Virus record (IMG/VR): IMGVR_UViG_3300024999_000010
Source of the DNA: an uncultured virus (IMG/VR IMGVR_UViG_3300024999_000010)
Lineage: Duplodnaviria > Heunggongvirae > Uroviricota > Caudoviricetes
DNA: 20,000 nt
Reading direction: 5' to 3' (one strand)
Positions 6,835 through 14,045 of this stretch are shown here, piece after piece. Made by a program: the position numbers and the translations under genes. The notes beneath the pieces were generated by a model, which saw only the letters and a program-made list of their open reading frames with translations, was not told the origin of the DNA and did not search any database. Numbering within the stretch: position 1 is the stretch's first letter; the number at the start of each line of letters is the position of its first letter.

Positions 6835-7262
6835 TTTATATTTCTTGCCAATTCTTTAAGAGCTTCAAATATTTTTACTCTACATTCTTTATTTTTAATC
6901 ATAAATACTGGAAGAAAATTCATCCATTTTGTTGCTGTTTCCCATGCCTTAAACTCTTCTTTGGTCCACACCATTATTATATTAAAAAGATATTCACCAT
7001 TTATTTTATATGAACGAAATAAATTATCTTTACAATCATAAACTTCTATATCTGTTTTAATAAAAATCGGTTCATTATAAGTTTTATATGGATTATCAAA
7101 ATGAAATAAAATATTTTTTTTATCCATTTCCTTACGAAAATCTTCAAATAAAACAATATAATCCCAATCTGAATCGTCATGATATACGCCCCATGATCTT
7201 GATCCAGTAAGAATTCCTATTTTTTCAATTATTGATAATATTTTTTCTTTCGTTGTTTTCAT
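6831..7262 (-). CDS. Minimal nucleotidyltransferase (Pol beta superfamily)
   Basis: LTGSRSWGVYHDDSDWDYIV matches GS-x-G...SDxD. Start 7262 or 7274. Very AT-rich. Confidence 0.7.
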   Translation of the reverse strand: MKTTKEKILSIIEKIGILTGSRSWGVYHDDSDWDYIVLFEDFRKEMDKKNILFHFDNPYKTYNEPIFIKTDIEVYDCKDNLFRSYKINGEYLFNIIMVWTKEEFKAWETATKWMNFLPVFMIKNKECRVKIFEALKELARNIK

Positions 7263-7267
7263 CTTAT

Positions 7268-7489
7268 TTACCACTCATATTCTATTTCAAGTTGTTCAAG
7301 TTTTTTATCAAATTCTTTCTGGAGTTTACCGGCTTTTGATTCTTCTTTTTCAATTTCCTTTTCAGCTTCTTCGATTGTTTTACATCCTTCCTCGGTAAGC
7401 CGTTTAATTTGTGAAGCCTTTTCCCCCCGGAGTTCAGCGGCTCTTTCCTTTTTCTGTTCCAGTTTTTTGGTCATTTCATCAAGTGTCAT
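7268..7489 (-). CDS. 73-aa charged coiled-coil protein
   Basis: E/K-rich heptads over the whole length; abuts neighbouring genes. Confidence 0.75.
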   Translation of the reverse strand: MTLDEMTKKLEQKKERAAELRGEKASQIKRLTEEGCKTIEEAEKEIEKEESKAGKLQKEFDKKLEQLEIEYEW

Positions 7490-8080
7490 TTATATACTCT
7501 CTCTTAATTTTTGAATCCATTCTGTTCGTTTATTTACCCTATCAATTTCCTTTTGATTTTCTTCTGTATAATATTGAATATTTTGTATTGTTTCAGACAG
7601 GGAAGAATTGTAATATTCAATTATCGGTGTTTCAATAGCTATTTTTAATGAATTTTTTGTATATTCTAATTTATGCATACTAATATCAATTTGTTGTAGC
7701 ATAAATTTTTTTAATTCTATATGATCTTTTGTTGGTGGATTCCACTTTCTAACTTGTGCTGCCATATCTAAAAGACGGCTATTTTGTTGCATATATTCTT
7801 CAAGATATTTTTCATATCTTTTTATTTCTGTTTCTTTCTTGGAATCCCCAAAAATTTCTTTTTCATCTCCAGTCATTGCCTTTAATAATTTCAATTTTTC
7901 TTTTGTTTCGACAAGTTTTTCAGCATAATAATTTGATGGTTCAAATTTATCGGGAATTTTAGCATCAATAGGAGAATCTCTCATTTCAATAAGAACATCA
8001 AATGCACGGGCACAACCCATAATAAATTCTTGAAATGTCTGCCCCTTTTCAACTAATGTTGCAGTATATCCAGTTGGCAT
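7490..8080 (-). CDS. Helical phage hypothetical protein (MPTGYT N-terminus)
   Basis: AGGAG RBS; 196 aa ORF. Confidence 0.75.
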   Translation of the reverse strand: MPTGYTATLVEKGQTFQEFIMGCARAFDVLIEMRDSPIDAKIPDKFEPSNYYAEKLVETKEKLKLLKAMTGDEKEIFGDSKKETEIKRYEKYLEEYMQQNSRLLDMAAQVRKWNPPTKDHIELKKFMLQQIDISMHKLEYTKNSLKIAIETPIIEYYNSSLSETIQNIQYYTEENQKEIDRVNKRTEWIQKLRESI

Positions 8081-8092
8081 AATTTTCTCCTA

Positions 8093-9013
8093 TTATTTTT
8101 GTTCGACATATCCCCAAACCTTATCTTTTACAGGTTGAGGAATTTCTTTATTATCCGTTGCTGTTTCCAAATTCTTTAAAAAATCAATCCCGTGTTCAAC
8201 AGTATCCCCTAATTTTTCCACAAATGCATCAAGCCTTGTTTCTCTTGCATTCGCTTCTTCGATATGCTCCCGGCTGATTACTCCTTTTCTAATCGGGACA
8301 AATACTTGTTCAATTTCATTTGTTTCCGCATACCAAAGAAATACAGATGGCTTATGATCAATTTGGTCTGCATCATTTCGCATTAATGAGCCTGGATTAA
8401 CAAGGATTCGATTTCCAATCTTATGGGTAAATGTTTGATGATTATGTCCTGAAACAATTAAATCAAAATCAGGAAGAAGATTCATTAATTCCTTTGCAGA
8501 ATATCCTTCACATCCCGGGAATGGGGGAGAATCTTTGTAAACCATTGTGTGGATGAGGGCAATACTAGAAAGTATTCCAGAAGGTTGAATAATTTCCTTT
8601 CCCCACGGAAATCCTATTATTTCATATTGTCCATATCTATTTTCAACCATTTTTATATCAACAAATTCTTTATTTACATATGTTAAAATTCCAGCCTTTT
8701 CCAAAACGGCCATTGCCGAATTCTGATAATTTTCAATTGATTTTCCCGGAAGATCATGATTTCCTGGAACAGTATAAAATGGCCTTGGCAAATTTTCTAT
8801 TGCCCAACCCAATAATTCATGGGAAGGATTTACTTTATATTTCTTGTCAAACAAATCTCCGGCATCAAGAATGGGAATCATGTCATGTTTCTCTTGTAAT
8901 TCCCTGAGCCATTTGATTTTCCGTTCTTGGGTTTTCCAATGATCATCAGTTCGACACAAAGGGGCATAGGCCCTAAGTTCGATGTCTGCCGTAAGTATTG
9001 CCGATGCTTTCAT
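8093..9013 (-). CDS. SbcD/Mre11/gp47-like metallophosphoesterase nuclease
   Basis: Motifs TADIE, AGDLFD, PGNHD, IHTM, SGHNH, NPGSLMR. Confidence 0.88.
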   Translation of the reverse strand: MKASAILTADIELRAYAPLCRTDDHWKTQERKIKWLRELQEKHDMIPILDAGDLFDKKYKVNPSHELLGWAIENLPRPFYTVPGNHDLPGKSIENYQNSAMAVLEKAGILTYVNKEFVDIKMVENRYGQYEIIGFPWGKEIIQPSGILSSIALIHTMVYKDSPPFPGCEGYSAKELMNLLPDFDLIVSGHNHQTFTHKIGNRILVNPGSLMRNDADQIDHKPSVFLWYAETNEIEQVFVPIRKGVISREHIEEANARETRLDAFVEKLGDTVEHGIDFLKNLETATDNKEIPQPVKDKVWGYVEQK

Positions 9014-9018
9014 TTTGT

Positions 9019-9240
9019 TTATTTATTAGAAATTTTTATTTCATCAGCAGGCACATACCCCGCTTCCTTAAATTTATTCACACAATTGTTATGAGCAACT
9101 AAAGCTACCGGTACCCCAATCCAACCAAATCCCCATGCATGACATGGTTGTGTTTCGTTTGTTGTTGGATTAACCATCATTGTATTCATACTTACACAGC
9201 CAGAAAGAAAAAGCAGACAGATAATTATAATTGTTTTCAT
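9019..9240 (-). CDS. Small lipoprotein
   Basis: Start 9240 (ATGA overlap), MKTIIIICLLFLSG-C lipobox, two further Cys. Confidence 0.75.
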   Translation of the reverse strand: MKTIIIICLLFLSGCVSMNTMMVNPTTNETQPCHAWGFGWIGVPVALVAHNNCVNKFKEAGYVPADEIKISNK

Positions 9241-10304
9241 GATTTCACTTCCTGTCCACATGTTGGACATTTTTTAGGTTGTTTCTGTTTCTCAATTACA
9301 ATTTGTGATACAAGCAATTTTATCTGATCATCATTTTCACTTTCTTTTTTCTCTATTATACTGATTTCCGAACAAATCCTTCGTAACTTTTTTATTTTAT
9401 TTTCACTCTTATCAATCTTCCCAGAAATCCCCTTTAGCTCAGAAATTTTCTTTTCTCTTTCTGGCAGGTCATTTAATTCACTCAGCAAGGCGTCTGTTCG
9501 CCTGATCCTGCGATTTATTCCCTGAATCCTATCTACCCTACCTAAAATCTCAGAAATCGTTTTACGGGCCGTTTCCGCCTCTTTAACGAGGGGTTCACAT
9601 TTTAGGAAATTATTCAGGGGTTCTAATTCAATATCAACTTGTTTTACCTTCTCAATAATTCCTTTTAGCTTCTTTGATTTATTCCAAGAATTCTGAATAT
9701 GTTTTTCTAATTGTTCACAAACAATTAATTTCTGTTCTCTTGCTTCAATATCGTTAAATTGTTCAATCTCTTTTTCAAGATCAATCAATAATGCCTTTTT
9801 CGCTTGATAATCCCTATTTAATCGTAATTCATCAGATTTTGCATTACTCATTACCCTGTCAATATCATCCAGGCCAGCAATCTTGTTTAAAATCCTACCC
9901 CGTTCCCCAGGGGATTCAAACATTAAAAAGGCTCGATCAACTTGCGTTTGAAAATTTACTTCATCCATCCCAATCAATTCCGAGATATTTCCAGGAGGAA
10001 GACCAGCACCGGCATTAATTGGTTCATTATTGTCAACTTGATAATGATTTAATCCCTTTCCTTTCAGTCGGGAAATAACACAACCTGGATTGGAAAATTT
10101 GCCAGTGATTCGCATATCTCCTTTCCAAAACAGTGGCAACATGGAATCCCCAAGAGGATCATTAAAAAACAATAGATTAGCTGCCCTGAAAGCAGATGAT
10201 TTTCCTGCATCAGTTGCACCAATAAAAACATTCAATCCAGGGGAGAAATTAAGGATTGTGTGTTTATGGGATTCATGATTGATAATTTCAAGTTGTTCTA
10301 TCAT
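9237..10304 (-). CDS. SbcC/Rad50/gp46-like ATPase, N-terminal half ending at the zinc hook
   Basis: MIEQLEIINHESH, Walker A GATDAGKS, Q-loop NFQTQ, long coiled coil, terminal CPTCG. Confidence 0.85.
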   Translation of the reverse strand: MIEQLEIINHESHKHTILNFSPGLNVFIGATDAGKSSAFRAANLLFFNDPLGDSMLPLFWKGDMRITGKFSNPGCVISRLKGKGLNHYQVDNNEPINAGAGLPPGNISELIGMDEVNFQTQVDRAFLMFESPGERGRILNKIAGLDDIDRVMSNAKSDELRLNRDYQAKKALLIDLEKEIEQFNDIEAREQKLIVCEQLEKHIQNSWNKSKKLKGIIEKVKQVDIELEPLNNFLKCEPLVKEAETARKTISEILGRVDRIQGINRRIRRTDALLSELNDLPEREKKISELKGISGKIDKSENKIKKLRRICSEISIIEKKESENDDQIKLLVSQIVIEKQKQPKKCPTCGQEVKS

Positions 10305-10312
10305 TTGTAAAC

Positions 10313-10864
10313 CTATTGTTTTGTCATTCTTGCCCATTCGGCAATTAAAATTCCGTCTGCATCACCTTTATATTCAAAATTAGGAAATAATCTTTTCCCG
10401 ATATCAAGACTTGCCTTTTTCAATTCAGGGGCACCTTTTATCCCGGATGGAAGCATTATTTTCTGCCATTCTTTTGAATCAATAAACTTATAAGAAATAC
10501 CACACCATTCAATAGCAATTAAAGTTGATTCTAACGCTCTTAATGCGCTTGTTGTTGCTTGAAATCTTCTTGGATTTACCATTGGTCTTTCAATTAGCGC
10601 GACACAATCCCCATTCTTTTTTATATCATAGAGCAAATATCTTAATTTTTTGTTGTTGATTCTTGTTCTATTCTTTTTTGTTTTTGTATAATCTTGTTCT
10701 GAAATGGTAGGAATGTGATAAAATCCATTTTGAGTCCCAAGATTGTTTATCCAGCCAATTGAACCAGAAACACCGTTGTCAATTCCGATATAGATTTTTA
10801 AAATTTGATTTCTAATTTTTGGGATTTTAGAACTTGTTAATTGAATATTCTTTGATCTTTTCAT
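10313..10864 (-). CDS. RuvC-like Holliday junction resolvase
   Basis: YIGIDNG...ALIERP...WQK...DADGILIA acidic catalytic set. Start likely 10864 (ATGA overlap). Confidence 0.8.
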   Translation of the reverse strand: MKRSKNIQLTSSKIPKIRNQILKIYIGIDNGVSGSIGWINNLGTQNGFYHIPTISEQDYTKTKKNRTRINNKKLRYLLYDIKKNGDCVALIERPMVNPRRFQATTSALRALESTLIAIEWCGISYKFIDSKEWQKIMLPSGIKGAPELKKASLDIGKRLFPNFEYKGDADGILIAEWARMTKQ

Positions 10865-11088
10865 TTTCCTTCCGGTGGAAAAGGTTGACACCAATGAGTG
10901 AAAAATCTATCGTTTGTTATCGATCCATTTTCAAGTATTACTTTTGTTGCTTCATGAGCGATATATGATTCAATTGTAAATGATCTTTTCCAGATAGGAT
11001 TCCATACAAGAACATCATCATCACATCGGGGAGGAATCCTCTTCTTTATCGGAATCCATATCACTTTCCAAAATTCTGATTTGTTCAC
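10861..11088 (-). CDS. DUF551-like small protein
   Basis: WIPIKKRIP...VLVW...THWCQPFPP. Confidence 0.65.
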   Translation of the reverse strand: MNKSEFWKVIWIPIKKRIPPRCDDDVLVWNPIWKRSFTIESYIAHEATKVILENGSITNDRFFTHWCQPFPPEGK

Positions 11089-11317
11089 GTTTCACCCTTA
11101 CCCTGAATAATGTCCCGGAAACAGCAATCACTTTTACTTGAATATCATCATTTACCGTAAATTGATCTTTCTTTTTTAATCTTGTTGGAAAAACTTCTTT
11201 TTCTTTTTCCCATGGTCCTTTCCATTGCAAGGTAAAAAATGGGCCTGATCCCCGGATGACTTCATACAAATATCCAGCAACAGAAATCTTTTGACCAATA
11301 CGAAGTATTTCATCCAT
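11021..11317 (-). CDS. Small beta-rich protein with two similar units (second unit CsrA-like)
   Basis: LRIGQKISVAGYLYEVIRGSG and LKKKDQFTVNDDIQVKVIAVSG units. Confidence 0.6.
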   Translation of the reverse strand: MDEILRIGQKISVAGYLYEVIRGSGPFFTLQWKGPWEKEKEVFPTRLKKKDQFTVNDDIQVKVIAVSGTLFRVRVKREQIRILESDMDSDKEEDSSPM

Positions 11318-11535
11318 TATTCTCTATCTCCACAAACAGGACATCTTTCACCTGCCGGGATTTTTGCCCCGCAGCAGGCCCAAGGTAGATTTTTTAACAT
11401 TGGATCTTCTTCAAGTTCAGCTTTTTCAAAATCAAGAATACAAAAATCGTGGCAAACCGGACAAAGTAATTTAGGCTTAATTATATTTGTAATTATTTTA
11501 ACATCACATTTTTTATTTTTACAATTATAATCCAT
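11317..11535 (-). CDS. Double zinc-ribbon small protein
   Basis: CKNKKC...CPVC...CC...CPVC. Confidence 0.7.
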   Translation of the reverse strand: MDYNCKNKKCDVKIITNIIKPKLLCPVCHDFCILDFEKAELEEDPMLKNLPWACCGAKIPAGERCPVCGDRE

Positions 11536-12382
11536 AACCAATCCTAAAATGATTTTGCCATTCGCTTGCTTGCGCGGCTAAATGATGCATTCCGTAAGTC
11601 TTACAAACTTCAAGAAATGAATCAATACTGAACTTATTTTCTTTCAATTTAATTTCCTCTGTTCCTGGATATGGCAAGGAAACAAGTTTTTCATTTCTCT
11701 TTCTTAACCATCTTCCTTTTGTACTCTCAATTTTATTATACCTGATTGAATCAGATTTCATCTCATTTTTTAGGTATTGAATTGCGTATTTTTCCCCAAT
11801 TCCAGAAATGCCCGGTACTTTATCAGAACTACAACCGGCCAATGCCTTGACATCTCTCCATTGTTTTGGTTCAATTCCATATTTCTTTCTGAATTCTTTT
11901 CCATTAATCAATAATTGTTTTGAGGGAGAATACCAGGAACAATAATCAACAAGTTGTAAAAGGTCTTCATCATTTGTTAAAACTACTGATTGATTAGGAT
12001 TATCAATTACAAATTTTGCTATTAAATCATCCGCTTCATATCCAGTCTGAATAAAATTGTTTTTGAATCCAATGGCCGGAAGGATTTCTGTTCTAAGAAT
12101 TTCCATTTGATGAAAAAGTTCTTTTCTGGCTTCTTTTTCATCATCTGTCATTTCCTCTTGTTGCCTGTCCTTATACCCTGCATAAATTTGTTTTCTGATT
12201 TTCTTCTTGGAATCCCAAAAGAAAACAGGAAACGTTAAACCAAAATTCCGGGAATGGATTAATACTTGAACAAGAAATGAATGAATAATACCTGTCCCAA
12301 AATCTTCATAAGAAAGATTTCCGGCAGGAGTATGAAAAGCCCGCCAACAGAAATAATTGGAATCAAAGAGAAGGTATTTCAT
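11525..12382 (-). CDS. 5'-3' exonuclease / flap endonuclease (PolI N-domain, T5 D15, T4 RNase H family)
   Basis: LLFDSN, YKDR, GYEADDLIA, NDEDLLQL, helix-3-turn-helix LAGCSSDKVPGISGIGEKYA. Confidence 0.92.
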   Translation of the reverse strand: MKYLLFDSNYFCWRAFHTPAGNLSYEDFGTGIIHSFLVQVLIHSRNFGLTFPVFFWDSKKKIRKQIYAGYKDRQQEEMTDDEKEARKELFHQMEILRTEILPAIGFKNNFIQTGYEADDLIAKFVIDNPNQSVVLTNDEDLLQLVDYCSWYSPSKQLLINGKEFRKKYGIEPKQWRDVKALAGCSSDKVPGISGIGEKYAIQYLKNEMKSDSIRYNKIESTKGRWLRKRNEKLVSLPYPGTEEIKLKENKFSIDSFLEVCKTYGMHHLAAQASEWQNHFRIGYGL

Positions 12383-12595
12383 TTATGGCTCGTGACGTTC
12401 CCAGGCAGTAGAAACAAGACTTGTAATATCACAAGCAACCGTTTCAGCTTCAGACAATGTCATGTTTGGCGGTAAACGAGTCCATAAAAACGAATTTAAT
12501 TCTGGCTTAATATTATCAAGAACCTCAATCCTTTCCTTTTCATATGAATCTCTTGTTATCGCCTCTTTATCTACAGCCTGTATATTATACATCAT
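12383..12595 (-). CDS. Hypothetical protein
   Basis: AGGAG RBS; ATGA overlap with the RecA stop. Confidence 0.65.
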   Translation of the reverse strand: MMYNIQAVDKEAITRDSYEKERIEVLDNIKPELNSFLWTRLPPNMTLSEAETVACDITSLVSTAWERHEP

Positions 12596-13641
12596 ATTCT
12601 CCTTTTTGGCATTCTATCCTGAATGAATTGAGCTTGTATTTCTTCCCACAATTCAATTACTACTTCTTTCAATTCCTCTTCCATCCCATTTTCTTCCACA
12701 TAAGAAATTGCCCCATCAAGGCTATTTGACAATATTTCTTCCCCATCAATGGAATATTTTTTATGTTGTGAATTCTGCTTCAGGAAAACAAGATTGGCCC
12801 GTATATCATCAATCCCATAATTATCCATAATATAAATGTCGGCGGATCGGTACCCCTTTCCAACTGAGGATTTGACAACATCTATATGGGATAATATGCC
12901 AATTGATTCTTTGTGTTCTTTCCCATATAAACTTCTTTCAGCTTTGATTACTTGCTTTTTGACAATCTCTAATCTCAAAGAAGCATAAAATTTCGGAGCA
13001 TGTCCGCCTGTTGCCCTCGTCTTTTTAGCAAATGGCATAGTGGCCATGGTATCCCTGATTTGATTTGAAAATACCATAAGCCAGCCCCTTTGTTTCAGCA
13101 TTCTACATGTACGCCTGAATCCCTGACTGAAATCATTTGCCCTCTTTGCCCCATCATAGCCCTTGGCATCCTTCATTTCTTCTTCAGTACAAAGAGCGGC
13201 AATTGAGTCCGCAATTATGGCATGAGGCGGATCACCTGCAGGCTTCCAGGAGTCAAATAAATTAAATACTTCCGCAATTGTATCTGGTTCTTTTATTGTT
13301 TTATCAGTAATGGAAAAATCAAAAAGGGCAGCAAATTCTTTATTCAATCTTGCTTCAGGATCATTGAATATTACATCTCCGCCTTTTCGTTGAATAGCCC
13401 CAGCAATCTCACACATGAGGACGGTTTTACCTGCTGAGGAATCCCCGAATATTTCAACAGCTATCCCGGTTGGAATCCCACCTCCATGGATAATTTCCCC
13501 AGATATGGCAAGATCAAGAAGGGTTGAACCAGTGGAAATAGTATTGTTAAAATCCCCGTCATAAGTTATTTCTGATTTTTGATGCTTCTGAGAAAGTGCG
13601 GTCTTGACCCTTTCAACTGTTTTGCTTTTTGTTCTTTCCAT
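12592..13641 (-). CDS. recA: RecA/UvsX-like recombinase
   Basis: ISTGSTLLD, GGGIPTG, Walker A GDSSAGKT, DPE, IIADSIAAL, SNQIRD, TGGHAPKFYASLRL. Confidence 0.92.
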   Translation of the reverse strand: MERTKSKTVERVKTALSQKHQKSEITYDGDFNNTISTGSTLLDLAISGEIIHGGGIPTGIAVEIFGDSSAGKTVLMCEIAGAIQRKGGDVIFNDPEARLNKEFAALFDFSITDKTIKEPDTIAEVFNLFDSWKPAGDPPHAIIADSIAALCTEEEMKDAKGYDGAKRANDFSQGFRRTCRMLKQRGWLMVFSNQIRDTMATMPFAKKTRATGGHAPKFYASLRLEIVKKQVIKAERSLYGKEHKESIGILSHIDVVKSSVGKGYRSADIYIMDNYGIDDIRANLVFLKQNSQHKKYSIDGEEILSNSLDGAISYVEENGMEEELKEVVIELWEEIQAQFIQDRMPKRRI

Positions 13642-13653
13642 TATTAATAACCG

Positions 13654-13899
13654 TCAATAAATTGCAAAAGTAAAAACACATATATCATTAGGTAATCCAA
13701 ATGTTCCAGGCTGAGTAATATTATAAATAACCGCCCTTATTTCTCTTCCGGTATATTCTTCTAATTTCGGATTATATTCTTGTAATATTATATAATCGCC
13801 TTGTTGATAATTTCTGTCATTTCTTCGTACTTTATGTCTTTTATCTCCATCCAATACTGATTGAAATTCTTTTGGCCAACTTTTTATTTTATGAAGCAT
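13654..13899 (-). CDS. ASCH/DUF3850-family (PUA-like) protein
   Basis: HKIKSWPKEFQSVLDGDKRHKVRRNDRNYQQGD. Confidence 0.8.
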   Translation of the reverse strand: MLHKIKSWPKEFQSVLDGDKRHKVRRNDRNYQQGDYIILQEYNPKLEEYTGREIRAVIYNITQPGTFGLPNDICVFTFAIY

Positions 13900-13918
13900 G
13901 TTTCACCATTAAATTAAT

Positions 13919-14035
13919 TGGGATAGGCAGGGCTCGAACCTGCACGCCGTCTACGCAACTGCAGCTTTGGAGGCCAAATCTCATCCTATTTATAGGATCG
14001 TCCGGCTGTGCGTCTACCAATTCCGCCACTATCCC
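13919..14035 (-). ncRNA. tRNA-like RNA 2 (117 nt), tRNA-Leu-like ends with an expanded multibranch centre
   Basis: Acceptor GGGATAG/CTATCCC+A, D region TGGCGGAATTGGTAGACGC, T-arm GCAGG-TTCGAGC-CCTGC. No 5-bp/7-nt anticodon arm; no encoded CCA. Confidence 0.82.
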
Positions 14036-14045
14036 AAACTTTAAA

